IMG/VR virus record: IMGVR_UViG_3300035182_001709
Reading direction: 5' to 3' (one strand)
Source of the DNA: a virus
Lineage: Duplodnaviria > Heunggongvirae > Uroviricota > Caudoviricetes
Length of the DNA: 64,000 nt
Numbering within the stretch: the first letter of the stretch is position 1; every line of letters starts with the position of its first letter. Shown here piece after piece: positions 39,626-48,190 of this stretch. Under the pieces are notes generated by a model. That model was given only the letters and a program-made list of their open reading frames with translations. It did not search any database and had not been told where the DNA came from. A program made the position numbers and the translations under genes.

Positions 39626-40897
39626 TCAGCGGCCGATCTTATTCAGGATGGTGTCGTAGGACGAGGCGTTGAGCTTTTCCTTGGACGCCATCAACTCACA
39701 CCACTCGCGGGCATTGGCCGCACGGCTTTCCCACAAGTTGAAGTAGGGCGCCGCCCAATCGTTGGACTGCATCACCTTCTCAGCGAAGAGCTTCCGCGAA
39801 CCCGCTGCGTAATCACGCCAGGCCTCGAAGTTGCGATCGACAGAGATGAGATACTCGCGCACCGCAGCCTGCATCGAACGCAGCTCCCCAGCCACGTCGG
39901 CCTCGACCAACGGGATGACGTCATCAATCGTGCCGCGGATGATGGCCTCGACTGCGGATCGCTTCGAGACAGTCACTAGGTCCTTCGCTTTGGAAGACAG
40001 GACCCAGGCCCGAGACTTGACCTTCTGACGGTTGAAATTCGAGTCAACGACGACCGCGCCTTCCAACTTTGATGGGTCCGCCGCCTCAACAAACGCTGCC
40101 AGCGCCTTCGGTTCCGACAACTTCCAACGCTGCGGCCGGTTGACGTGCTGCAGTTGCAGCTCCTCGATGACCGATTCATTGCCCGATGCCGTGTGACGAA
40201 TCGCCAACAGCGTCACACGAGGCTCGTCATAGCGAACCACGATGCGGTTGTGCGGGCTCGTTAGCTCGAAGACGTACGTCAGTTCCTTGTTGAGATGAAC
40301 GACCTGATCGAAGTCGCTCGGAACCCAGTCTAGCTTTTGGCCCGAGTTCGCCTCACGGGTCTCGATCAGGGCCTTGAAGAACAGGTCGCGGAACGTCATG
40401 TTGCCGATCGACATGTCATCCTTGCGGATCGGCAGGTCAGCCTCGGGAACCGACCGCGTACCGACGTGCCACTGACCATGAAGTTCGTCCCAGTAGACGA
40501 TGCAACACGTGCCATCGAGCTTCTCGTAGACGCGGAGCTCGGGATCCGACCAGTCGACCCCCGCGGCCGCGACATCGCCGTGGTTGTAGAAGCGATTCAT
40601 GGGCCAGGCCAACAGCTCGCAGTCGCCTACGACGCGGTCGCGCCACTTTGCTGTCGACAGAGGCGCGCCACCACGCCGGGCCTCATCGTGGAGGAACTGC
40701 TCCGTCTGCTCGCGAGATGGACGAATCACCATGCCGCGGCACTGTTCCATCAAGGCATTGCCCGACTTCGCCAAGATCTGATCATAGTTGAGTGAGAACT
40801 TATCGAAGCGCGAGTTGGGCCGCGCACAGACACCGTGCTCGTCCTCGAGCTCACGGAACGTATGGGAACGCAGGTACTCCAACACCAACGGCTTCAT
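39626..40897 (-). CDS. ATP-dependent RNA ligase (T4 RnlA/Rnl1-like nucleotidyltransferase)
   Basis: Motif I YEKLDGTCC (KxDG); 423 aa, comparable to Rnl1. Confidence 0.55.
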   Translation of the reverse strand: MKPLVLEYLRSHTFRELEDEHGVCARPNSRFDKFSLNYDQILAKSGNALMEQCRGMVIRPSREQTEQFLHDEARRGGAPLSTAKWRDRVVGDCELLAWPMNRFYNHGDVAAAGVDWSDPELRVYEKLDGTCCIVYWDELHGQWHVGTRSVPEADLPIRKDDMSIGNMTFRDLFFKALIETREANSGQKLDWVPSDFDQVVHLNKELTYVFELTSPHNRIVVRYDEPRVTLLAIRHTASGNESVIEELQLQHVNRPQRWKLSEPKALAAFVEAADPSKLEGAVVVDSNFNRQKVKSRAWVLSSKAKDLVTVSKRSAVEAIIRGTIDDVIPLVEADVAGELRSMQAAVREYLISVDRNFEAWRDYAAGSRKLFAEKVMQSNDWAAPYFNLWESRAANAREWCELMASKEKLNASSYDTILNKIGR

Positions 40898-40926
40898 CTC
40901 ATGCCTCCTAGTTACTCTAGCATACC

Positions 40927-41598
40927 ATGCCGGGACGGACTAATACACTGCGTCGAGACCATGTACGATTATACATGCAATCCAAGACGAAACTCTTGAA
41001 AGAGTGCGTCGAGGGTCTCGTCCTGGAAGTCATCGGCCCGCGAAAACTGCGTGTGTTCGACTTCGATGACACTCTGGCGCAGACAGGTTCCAAGGTCTGG
41101 GTCATTCGACCCGATGGTTCGCGGAAGTCATTGTTGCCGGGAGAATTTGCTGTCTACCAGCCTACGCCCGACGAGCAGTTTGACTTCACTGAGTTTGGTC
41201 AGTTGATCGAGCCCAAGGCCTACGTCTGGACGGGCCGCGTCCTAAAGAACATCTACGACAAGTACGGACCTAGTGGTGTCGTCATCCTGACAGCACGCCA
41301 CGCGACAGCGCCCATTCATCAGTTCCTGCATCAAGCAGGATTTGACGGGATTGAGGTCATTGCTCTGGGCACCTCCAACCCGCAGGCCAAAGCCAATTGG
41401 ATCGATGCCCGCATCGTGCGTGATGACCTGCACTTGATTGAGTTCTTTGATGACTCGAGCAAGAATGTTGAGGCAGTCCGCGCCCTGCAGGACAAACACC
41501 CTGACGTCAAGGTGATTGCGCGACACATTGTGCACCAGTCGAAGCCGATGCCACACCCATATCCTCCGCTGCAACCGCGATCAAGGAACAAGATTTGA
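40927..41598 (+). CDS. HAD-superfamily phosphatase (polynucleotide 3-phosphatase-like, cf. T4 Pnkp C-domain)
   Basis: DxDxT motif VFDFDDTL; divergent partner of the RNA ligase; no P-loop kinase domain seen. Confidence 0.5.
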   Translation: MPGRTNTLRRDHVRLYMQSKTKLLKECVEGLVLEVIGPRKLRVFDFDDTLAQTGSKVWVIRPDGSRKSLLPGEFAVYQPTPDEQFDFTEFGQLIEPKAYVWTGRVLKNIYDKYGPSGVVILTARHATAPIHQFLHQAGFDGIEVIALGTSNPQAKANWIDARIVRDDLHLIEFFDDSSKNVEAVRALQDKHPDVKVIARHIVHQSKPMPHPYPPLQPRSRNKI

Positions 41599-41868
41599 TT
41601 GCGTAGATGCCGTTAGAGGTTAGACACAGCGACCACTGATCTTCTGCGCGGTTGAGTACGATGAATAGCCCGCCGGGATCATCGCTCGGCTGCATTTGCA
41701 TTTCGTCGCGCAGTATCTGGTAGACTTTGGCATCGTCTCAACGAGGACGATCATCACTGTATCATGCTTCAAGCGAAGCGATGGGTGACGAAGTCCGCCT
41801 CTGTCAAGCGCTTGACGATGATAGCCTCGGCATGAGTCCTCTCATACATGTCGATGAATCTGACCAGA

Positions 41869-42330
41869 TCACCCGTCTTCAACGTCGCTTCCATCAGGAT
41901 CCTCCTCATCTGGATCGTCGCTGCCGTCCTGGAACAGAGCATCCAAATCGAGGCGCCACTCAGCCTCAGAGGTCAGCAGCCTGGTGCGCGTGAGTTCGTC
42001 TTCAATATCGCGAAAGATGAACGTATCATCAGCGACCCAACCGTGATCGACTGAGACAACCAGCCCAGAGGCGTTCTTGGTCGGTGAGCCCTTGGCGAAC
42101 CTCACGTAGTCGAGACGTCGATAGCGATCGGCTCCCTCGTGAGCGAACTCACAACCACGCCACTCAACTTCAAGAAAGTCACCGGGCAACAACGTCACCA
42201 CTGACGAGCCATCTGGATCGGGACCTGCACCCACGTCGTTTAGCCAGAGGTAGAGCGCCTCGGCAGAATCGAAGAACCTGAAGGGCTTGCCCAACGCCTT
42301 GTTCTTCAACTCAATGCGGATTTTTTTCAC
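41869..42330 (-). CDS. Hypothetical protein with acidic C-terminal tail
   Basis: 153-aa ORF, TGA stop. Confidence 0.35.
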   Translation of the reverse strand: MKKIRIELKNKALGKPFRFFDSAEALYLWLNDVGAGPDPDGSSVVTLLPGDFLEVEWRGCEFAHEGADRYRRLDYVRFAKGSPTKNASGLVVSVDHGWVADDTFIFRDIEDELTRTRLLTSEAEWRLDLDALFQDGSDDPDEEDPDGSDVEDG

Positions 42331-42339
42331 GGTGTTCCC

Positions 42340-42729
42340 TCAATTGATCGTGTGGCTAGAAGAGTTGCCCACCAATCCTAGGTAATCCGTGAGTCGCCTG
42401 ATGCTCTCGGCATTGGGAACGTCGTCCCAATCTTCTTCCTTCATCAGGGTCCCTCGGATTGAGTTGAGGGTGTCTCTTGGCTGTGACTTGATGAGGTTCT
42501 TTTCAGCATTGACGATTGCCGCCGCGCAGTGATGATCGCACATGGCAACGTTGAGGCGCTTGTGCCGGACTGTCGCCGGAACACTGCACTCCCCTGCGTT
42601 ACACCTCTCAACCTGAGGAATCAGCAGCTTAACAACGTCGAAGAAACCGTCAGACAGGGCGTTAATTAGCCTCTCATGACGCATAACCAACTTTGCAAGT
42701 GCTACCTTCACGTCAGGACGATCTGCCAT
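42340..42729 (-). CDS. Hypothetical Cys-rich protein
   Basis: 129-aa ORF. Confidence 0.35.
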   Translation of the reverse strand: MADRPDVKVALAKLVMRHERLINALSDGFFDVVKLLIPQVERCNAGECSVPATVRHKRLNVAMCDHHCAAAIVNAEKNLIKSQPRDTLNSIRGTLMKEEDWDDVPNAESIRRLTDYLGLVGNSSSHTIN

Positions 42730-42765
42730 GGGATGATTCTACTCCATGCCCACGTGTACTTCAAC

Positions 42766-42840
42766 GGTCCGACCGTCCGGAATTGAACCGGCTTGGCGCG
42801 CTTATAAGACGCGCTCGGAGGACCACTCCGACCCGGGCGG
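42766..42840 (-). tRNA. tRNA, anticodon UAU (Ile2-like)
   Basis: Antisense T arm CCGG-TTCAATT-CCGG; anticodon stem CGCGT/GCGCG with loop CUUAUAA. The supplied ORF 42746-42931 is the translated tRNA. Confidence 0.45.
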
Positions 42841-42848
42841 TTGTTATG

Positions 42849-43541
42849 TTACCGTAGAGTCCGGAACAACTCGTTATTGTCGCCGCAGTAAGCCTTCAGC
42901 TTGTCGAACCAGGCCCGCGACTTCTGCTTGAACATCACGGGTGCCTTGGTTTTCTTGTCGTTCTTGCCTTTGCAGACGACGCCTTCAAAGGTCATGCCGG
43001 GCAGCGAACCGTCCCGAACGCTCTCTATGAAGGCTTCCGTCACTTCGCCTTCGTACAAGACCTTGGCGTGGTCGAGGTGACCAAACAACTTCAGGTAGAG
43101 CTCAGGCTCCAGAATGCCGGCGCCGAAGGGCGCCACGTCGATCAGGGTTACCGTCTGGTCTTCCTTGAGGTCGTGCATGCCGAAGGCACTATTGGGCCCC
43201 CAAAATTCGAAGAAGCAGCAGGCCGAGACCCACTTCGATTCCTTGAGCACCTCGTCGATGCCCTTGCCGTACTTGTCGTTGATCAGTCCGGGCACCTTAC
43301 CGAAGACAGGATCGGATGCGTCCACTAGCCGCGTGCGGGTGCCGAACTTGTAGAAGCCTTTTTTGCGCGACCACTCGGCGCGGACGTTGGACCCGTCGAG
43401 CTTGTCGAAGGCGACGATTGGGACTCGGCACTCGGTGGCGTAGGGGATTGAGGGATATGATTTCATGACTTTCTTCACAGAAAAACATTCGTCGCCATCG
43501 ATGTCATCGATAGCCCTAGATCGTCGGTGGTACGATACCAC
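42849..43541 (-). CDS. Small RNA ligase-like nucleotidyltransferase (Rnl2/DRB0094-like)
   Basis: Motif I FDKLDGSNVR (KxDG), EGVVCKG (motif IV/V-like). Confidence 0.5.
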   Translation of the reverse strand: MVSYHRRSRAIDDIDGDECFSVKKVMKSYPSIPYATECRVPIVAFDKLDGSNVRAEWSRKKGFYKFGTRTRLVDASDPVFGKVPGLINDKYGKGIDEVLKESKWVSACCFFEFWGPNSAFGMHDLKEDQTVTLIDVAPFGAGILEPELYLKLFGHLDHAKVLYEGEVTEAFIESVRDGSLPGMTFEGVVCKGKNDKKTKAPVMFKQKSRAWFDKLKAYCGDNNELFRTLR

Positions 43542-43607
43542 TACGCCACGATCACAAAAGCTTTCACATGTAGGCCATTGGGGACGGCCTTGGTGGTGAT
43601 TACTTGC

Positions 43608-43681
43608 TGGAGCGGGTCACCGGAATCGAACCGATCTCTCTAGCTTGGAAGGCTAGGGCACAACCACTATACCAGACCCGC
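43608..43681 (-). tRNA. tRNA-Gly (UCC)
   Basis: rc gives GCGGGTC...CUAGC-CUUCCAA-GCUAG...ATCGG-TTCGATT-CCGGT-GACCCGC-T-CCA. Confidence 0.6.
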
Positions 43682-43691
43682 ACTTGAATTT

Positions 43692-43766
43692 TGGAGCAGG
43701 TGATAAAATTCAAACCCACGACCATCTCATTGGCAACGAGATGTTCTACTACTGAACTACACCTGC
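43692..43766 (-). tRNA. tRNA-Gly (GCC), non-canonical T loop (TTTGAAT)
   Basis: Acceptor GCAGGTG/CACCTGC; D arm GTTC-AGTAGTA-GAAC; anticodon loop UUGCCAA. Confidence 0.5.
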
Positions 43767-44187
43767 ACTGTGCTATTGTAACCTGCGTCCCTCAACCTGC
43801 TCGCCTCAAACGTCGGTTGTATGAGTTCTTTGCTGCCGCGCGCTGACCAGGCTTCCACTTCAACATATTCTTCCATCCGGTCAGAGCATCAACCTCATCG
43901 CCGCCCTTCAACGGGATCCTGGTGGGTGGGTCCATGTCCTCATACGGGCTCGCGGGTTCTTCGGGCGAGACTTCACCATCGAGCGGAGGATTCTCTAGAG
44001 GAGGCTCCACGATGTCATCATCCATGTAATCGTAGCCTTCTTCGTCGTAGAGGTCCGAATACTCAGGCTCAGGCTCAATCTGCTGCTTACGGGTCGACTT
44101 ATCCCAAGTCGGATACGATTCTGCCAAGACAACCTCTTTAATGAGGTTCCTCAGTTTGCCAAGGGTAATCTTCATGTCCAGTAACTA

Positions 44188-44268
44188 TGGCGGAAGAGGA
44201 GGAATTCGAACCCTTGGGGCCCTCCCCGCTACCTTTGCGATAACCTCCAATATTTCCGTCACGTTTAG
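44188..44268 (-). tRNA. tRNA-like element, degenerate (family with 3-prime end ...CTCTTCCGCCA)
   Basis: Good T loop (GGGTTCGAATTCC) and CCA end but no canonical D or anticodon arm. Confidence 0.3.
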
Positions 44269-44362
44269 CTGCTTCACGAATACGTTGTCGTCGAACGACA
44301 TCCTTTTCAGGAGAGGAGGCTATGCCACGACAATTAAGATTATTCGTGAGTGCTATCCTAAT

Positions 44363-44590
44363 TTACTCGCGCACTTCGGGAGAAGTTGTCTGCCCGTGAC
44401 TCCAACTTTTCTTTCCTAAGATTCCGCGTGGATGTTCACGACCCTCAAGGGGATTCTTGCCTCGTTTATGTGAAGCATCTCGTTCTTTCTTAGCGGGACA
44501 TGCATTGACACTAGTGTTGCAACACCAGCGTTTTGTGCTTATGAAGAATTTCACTCCTTCGTTGCCACATCCATAATCACATTGAGGCAT
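44363..44590 (-). CDS. Small Cys-rich (zinc-ribbon-like) protein
   Basis: CDYGCGNEG...CCNTSVNAC. Confidence 0.3.
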   Translation of the reverse strand: MPQCDYGCGNEGVKFFISTKRWCCNTSVNACPAKKERDASHKRGKNPLEGREHPRGILGKKSWSHGQTTSPEVRE

Positions 44591-44630
44591 TTAGAATCAT
44601 GCTTTGCATGTAAATGGTGTAAAGCGCCTG

Positions 44631-44717
44631 TTCTAACTTGCGGAAGGTGCGAGAGTCGAACTCGCAATAGGCTCATCACCTATGTCGGTTTTCAAGACCG
44701 ATGGGCCTGCCAATGCC
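44631..44717 (-). tRNA. tRNA-Ser (UGA), type II
   Basis: GGAAGGT-TT-GGGC-ATTGGCAG-GCCC-A-TCGGT-CUUGAAA-ACCGA-[long variable arm]-GCGAG-TTCGACT-CTCGC-ACCTTCC-G. Confidence 0.65.
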
Positions 44718-44740
44718 CAAACCTTCCAAGTCACTTCTTC

Positions 44741-44848
44741 TTCGGCTTCTTGATTTCGTTCACCGTCTCCGGGTGCTTTTTTCGTGAGTGTTCGTGGTAA
44801 CAATCGATGCAGACGATCACTGCACACTTGATGCAGATCCACACTTCT
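44741..44848 (-). CDS. Small zinc-ribbon protein with Lys-rich tail (paralogue of 45031-45282); GTG start
   Basis: rc translation ...VWICIKCAVIVCIDCYHEHSRKKHPETVNEIKKPKK; shares the CxKCxVIVC core with the neighbouring ORF. Confidence 0.3.
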
Positions 44849-44933
44849 GACGTGTCAGAGGCGTGCCAGCGGACGGACGCACTCTCTTTAATTCAACCTT
44901 CGAACTACAGCTTGGACAGGGAATGATCATCCG

Positions 44934-45026
44934 GCGGAAGCGGGGATTTGAACCCATGATCCTTGCAGACCCTTCGGTCTAGCAAACCGGTCGAATAAAC
45001 CACTCTACCAATCCTCCAATATACCA
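44934..45026 (-). tRNA. Degenerate tRNA-Ser(GCU)-like copy (poor acceptor and D pairing)
   Basis: Shares ...CCGGTTTGCTA(G/A)ACCG...AGTGGTTTATTCGACC with the Ser(GCU) gene at 45295-45374 but the acceptor halves do not pair. Confidence 0.35.
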
Positions 45027-45030
45027 CACT

Positions 45031-45282
45031 CTACTTTTTCTTATTTTTCTTGCCACCTTTCGTGGGCCCAGGTTTGAGGCCATAGACTTCTGGATGGGCC
45101 TTCTCGAGGTGGCTTGCATAGCAAGGAACGCTGTTACCATTCCCGAGATCGATGGGATTTCCGCAGACAATGACTGGGCATTTGAGGCACAGCCAAATCT
45201 CGGTCCCGTCATTGCTTAGCCCACGCACGGGTGCCGAGTTGGCAATGACCTCATGACGGCAGTTGGGACAAATCGTCTGCAT
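45031..45282 (-). CDS. Small zinc-ribbon protein with Lys-rich C-terminal tail
   Basis: CPNC...CLKCPVIVCGNP...KGGKKNKKK. Confidence 0.35.
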   Translation of the reverse strand: MQTICPNCRHEVIANSAPVRGLSNDGTEIWLCLKCPVIVCGNPIDLGNGNSVPCYASHLEKAHPEVYGLKPGPTKGGKKNKKK

Positions 45283-45294
45283 GATGGCGGAAGC

Positions 45295-45374
45295 GGGGGG
45301 ATTCGAACCCCCGAGGCCCTTTCAAACCCTCCGGTTTAGCAAACCGGTCGAATAAACCACTCTCGCACGCTTCC
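45295..45374 (-). tRNA. tRNA-Ser (GCU), type II
   Basis: GGAAGCG-TG-CGA-GAGTGGTTTAT-TCG-A-CCGGT-UUGCUAA-ACCGG-[variable arm]-GGGGG-TTCGAAT-CCCCC-CGCTTCC-G-CCA. Confidence 0.6.
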
Positions 45375-45398
45375 AAGTTCGTTCGGGTCGGAGCAGAG

Positions 45399-45471
45399 GG
45401 ATTCGAACCCCCGTGAACCCTATGGGCCTCCTGGGTGTAAACCAGGCATTCTACCGCTGAACTATGCTCCG
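45399..45471 (-). tRNA. tRNA-Val (UAC) with unusually long (17-nt) variable region
   Basis: Anticodon arm CCTGG-UUUACAC-CCAGG; T arm GGGGG-TTCGAAT-CCCTC; acceptor CGGAGCA/TGCTCCG. Confidence 0.45.
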
Positions 45472-45499
45472 ATTGCGGGGGATAGCACCCCCGCTCGCC

Positions 45500-45886
45500 T
45501 CAAATCAACTTCAGGTTACCTGTGATCCTGTCGAGCAGCGCACCCTCGCATGGTCCGAAGGCTGCACAAGTCAATGTCGGAACTCCATTGAACTCTGTCC
45601 TTCCGGCGTCGATGATGGGATGCACCTCGACGTCCTCAATTTCTGCCTTGAAGATGAGGTCCTTCAAGGCATCTTCCGAATCCACACCCACCACGATCTT
45701 GGTGAAGGAACCCGACAACCATGTGGCCTCTGCGGGTGTCAGCTTGATGACGACCTCGTCTCCACGTTGCGCTTCGTTGTTGTCAACGAGAAACTTCATC
45801 GAAGCATGGGCGACCTGGGCGGCCAATTTGCCCTTTTTCATGTTCAGGTCCTTTCGTACGACGATGACCTGCTTCACGTCACTCAT
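45500..45886 (-). CDS. pth2: Peptidyl-tRNA hydrolase, PTH2 family
   Basis: KQVIVVRKDLNMKKGKLAAQVAHAS...TLTCAAFGP (canonical PTH2). Confidence 0.75.
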   Translation of the reverse strand: MSDVKQVIVVRKDLNMKKGKLAAQVAHASMKFLVDNNEAQRGDEVVIKLTPAEATWLSGSFTKIVVGVDSEDALKDLIFKAEIEDVEVHPIIDAGRTEFNGVPTLTCAAFGPCEGALLDRITGNLKLI

Positions 45887-46044
45887 GGTGTCCTCCGGCT
45901 TGTCAAGGATCGGTCTCGTGCCTTTCGGCACGGGCTTCCCCCTCGGCTCTTCGCCGAATCTCGGACGCTTGCGCGTCTTGGGAGTTGATAGGTCTTGCGG
46001 GCGCATAACCGGCCTTGATAAGTATCGGAAGTTCGAGGTTCAGT

Positions 46045-46374
46045 TCACTTGCTGGGGCGCTCCGCCTTTTCTTGTGCGCGACGTTCCTTCGCCTTCTGCT
46101 TCACCTGCTCAGCGGGCGCAGTTCGCTTGCCAATGCCGGTCAACGGCTTGGACTCTGCGAGAGCCACCGCGATCCGGGCGCGCTGCTTCTGGGCACCAAC
46201 ACCCTTGCCAAGCCGGCCGTCGAGGCTGGCGAGCTGTTCCCGAGGCGACAGCTTCTGCCACACCGTGAGGCGTTCCTTCGCCTCTTTTTGACGCAGCTTG
46301 CGCAGATCGGGCCGCGGGCCGCCGCCGGTGAACTTACGGACGTTGTTGAGCTTCTTGGTAGCCTTCAGGTTCAT
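46045..46374 (-). CDS. Hypothetical basic (Lys/Arg-rich) protein
   Basis: 109-aa ORF, TGA stop. Confidence 0.3.
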   Translation of the reverse strand: MNLKATKKLNNVRKFTGGGPRPDLRKLRQKEAKERLTVWQKLSPREQLASLDGRLGKGVGAQKQRARIAVALAESKPLTGIGKRTAPAEQVKQKAKERRAQEKAERPSK

Positions 46375-46392
46375 GTGATTCCGTTTCCTTCT

Positions 46393-46581
46393 TCAGTCAG
46401 GTGACTTTGGATGTGGAGGTGGCGCTGGATAGCGACACGTGGGGTTGACGTAGACATAACCTTCTTCGAGAAGACGAGTGCAAGGATCGCGGCGTCGCAC
46501 CTTGGGAATGTCCCATTCCGTGTAGCAACCAGCGACAGCGAGGGTCGCAATCGCAATCACCGTGACGATTAGCTTCTTCAC
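46393..46581 (-). CDS. Small lipoprotein (lipobox LAVAGC)
   Basis: MKKLIVTVIAIATLAVAGC signal/lipobox. Confidence 0.4.
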   Translation of the reverse strand: MKKLIVTVIAIATLAVAGCYTEWDIPKVRRRDPCTRLLEEGYVYVNPTCRYPAPPPHPKSPD

Positions 46582-46769
46582 ATGGCCCTCATCTCCCGAA
46601 GGAGCTTCGAGTAGTCCATCTGCCGGAACCAGATGCCATTGTGGCTCTCTTTGATGCGATTGTACATGTCCGAATCAACATCGATGATCTTGGGGCTGCC
46701 GCTGGGTCGGTTATACTCATCTAGGACCTCCTTGAGCATCTTGGCCCAATAGTCCTTCTCGAATGCCAC
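46578..46769 (-). CDS. Hypothetical small protein
   Basis: 63-aa ORF overlapping the lipoprotein start. Confidence 0.3.
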   Translation of the reverse strand: MAFEKDYWAKMLKEVLDEYNRPSGSPKIIDVDSDMYNRIKESHNGIWFRQMDYSKLLREMRAM

Positions 46770-46928
46770 GTGGTCTGCCTCGGTCAGGTGAAGCGTGGCC
46801 CCGTCAGGGCGACAGCTCCAACCTCGTTCAAACTCGTTCCATTCTTAGGAGACGACCGGAAATCGCTTTTGCCTTCGCCATGCGTGGCCTCTTGATTCAA
46901 GATACCATACCGACCGCTCGAGTTACAC

Positions 46929-47008
46929 TGGCACCCCTGGCGAGAGTCGAACTCGCATGTGTCCAATTACGATTTCACCTGCTTAGAAGGCAGAGTCGAT
47001 ACAGGGGC
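46929..47008 (-). tRNA. Atypical tRNA-Arg-like gene (anticodon UCU)
   Basis: Acceptor GCCCCTG/CAGGGGT, canonical T arm GCGAG-TTCGACT-CTCGC and anticodon hairpin TCTGC-CUUCUAA-GCAGG. Only ~5 nt lie where the D arm should be, and a ~20-nt D-loop-like segment (AATTGGACACAT) follows the anticodon arm. Confidence 0.4.
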
Positions 47009-47012
47009 ATGA

Positions 47013-47090
47013 TGGCACCCCCGACAGGATTCGAACCTGCATGTGTCCGTTAGCTTTCTCGTGCTTCGAAGGCACGCGGCATACGGGGGC
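47013..47090 (-). tRNA. Atypical tRNA-Arg-like gene (anticodon UCG), same architecture
   Basis: Acceptor GCCCCCG/CGGGGGT; anticodon hairpin CGTGC-CUUCGAA-GCACG; segment ...CTAACGGACACAT before T arm GCAGG-TTCGAAT-CCTGT. Confidence 0.4.
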
Positions 47091-47097
47091 GTGATGG

Positions 47098-47177
47098 TGG
47101 CACCGCTGGAGGGATTCGAACCCACGTGCATCCAGCTACCCTTTCAACGGTTTAGGAAACCGAGGGGATACAGCGGC
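47098..47177 (-). tRNA. Atypical tRNA-Arg-like gene (anticodon CCU), same architecture
   Basis: Acceptor GCCGCTG/CAGCGGT; anticodon hairpin CGGT-UUCCUAA-ACCG; D-loop-like GGGTAGCTGGATGCAC placed 3-prime of the anticodon arm. Confidence 0.4.
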
Positions 47178-47182
47178 ATAGT

Positions 47183-47259
47183 TGGCCTCCCCGGTGGGAT
47201 TTGAACCCACGACCTCGTGCTTCGGAGACACGCGCTCTGATCCGCTGAGCTACGGGGAG
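47183..47259 (-). tRNA. tRNA-Arg (CCG), canonical
   Basis: CTCCCCG-TA-GCTC-AGCGGATCA-GAGC-G-CGTGT-CUCCGAA-GCACG-AGGTC-GTGGG-TTCAAAT-CCCAC-CGGGGAG-G-CCA. Confidence 0.65.
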
Positions 47260-47335
47260 AAATTCTTGCTAACGTGATAGCCTCCTTTGGTGGAAGTCAT
47301 GCGATCTTTCTCGTGTCAAACGTGCTTCACCTGAT

Positions 47336-47410
47336 GCAGGATTCGAACCTGCTGCCCCGGATCACGAGCCCGGTGTGTTAACCCATACACCATCGATGGT
47401 TACTAATTGT
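47336..47410 (-). tRNA. tRNA-Thr (CGU); acceptor pairing imperfect
   Basis: D arm GTGT-ATGGGTTA-ACAC; anticodon arm CCGGG-CUCGUGA-TCCGG; T arm GCAGG-TTCGAAT-CCTGC. Confidence 0.45.
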
Positions 47411-47444
47411 GCGCACGTCACTGTTCAATCAACTTCACCTTCAT

Positions 47445-47514
47445 TCGAGGCAGGAATCGAACCTGCAACCCCCTGAGTACAAGTCAGGTAAGCTACCATT
47501 GCTCCACTCGATGT
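47445..47514 (-). tRNA. tRNA-Thr (UGU)
   Basis: Anticodon arm CCTGA-CUUGUAC-TCAGG; T arm GCAGG-TTCGATT-CCTGC. Confidence 0.45.
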
Positions 47515-47548
47515 CTAACTGGCTGTAGGTTACCGTTGATTGGTACGG

Positions 47549-47637
47549 TCGGTGGGACTTGAACCCACACAGGTATTGCCCCACTGGTACCTGAAACCAG
47601 CGCGTCTGCCATTCCGCCACGACCGCGTGTATCACTT
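47549..47637 (-). tRNA. tRNA-Leu (CAG), type II
   Basis: GCGGTCG...CTGGT-UUCAGGU-ACCAG...GTGGG-TTCAAGT-CCCAC-CGACCGT-A-CCA. Confidence 0.6.
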
Positions 47638-47781
47638 GAAGAATAACTGCACGAGGCCATAGAGACCCAACGCAGCAGTAGCCAGAATGAGGGCCACAAG
47701 CGCGTACCCGGTCGCTACCAGGACGTACCAACTTGCCCTCTTTACGTCTTCGAATTTCATCGCTACACCTTGAATACTCTA

Positions 47782-48190
47782 TCACCCTCCTGTCGCTTCG
47801 TTCACAGCTCGCGAGAGCGAGACCCACCACCTCCGCGCAAACTTCGTGACAAAGAACATCGCTGACAATCGCTTGGAACGCCACACGCGCTGTGCGAAGG
47901 CGCTGGGCGAGTATGACGAGGTGATCGTCTTGCCTCTGTCGAGGGCATACTTGATGGCAGCCGCGCACATGGCGATGCCGAGACCGCGACCACGGTATTC
48001 TTTTTCAGCAATGAGTGCGTCTCAAGGACCTTGACATTACGCTTCGCCGCACGAACGAACGACTCACAGACATTGACGTAACCAATCTGGTCGAGCCCGT
48101 GAAAGAGCTTGACGCGGTAGCCACCCGTGTTGGTCCTCTTCGGCGGTGACCTGTATTTTGGTGACAGGCGACCCGAGGCGTCAGGGAATG
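47782..48190 (-). pseudogene. GNAT N-acetyltransferase split by a frameshift in an A5/T5 homopolymer (~47997-48006)
   Basis: One minus-strand frame encodes ...GYRVKLFHGLDQIGYVNVCESFVRAAKRNVKVLETHSLL. The +1 frame continues AEKEYRGRGLGIAMCAAAIKYALDRGKTITSSYSPSAFAQRVW, the GNAT motif A (R-x-x-G-x-G). Confidence 0.4.

Noticed and set aside
47024-47080. Plus-strand reading of the palindromic CTTCGAAG hairpins as plus-strand (or permuted) tRNAs
   Set aside because: The canonical T arm (G53/C61, TTCGAAT) and the 3-prime acceptor/discriminator only fit the minus-strand orientation. The plus-strand reading gives a non-canonical T stem and misplaced acceptor.
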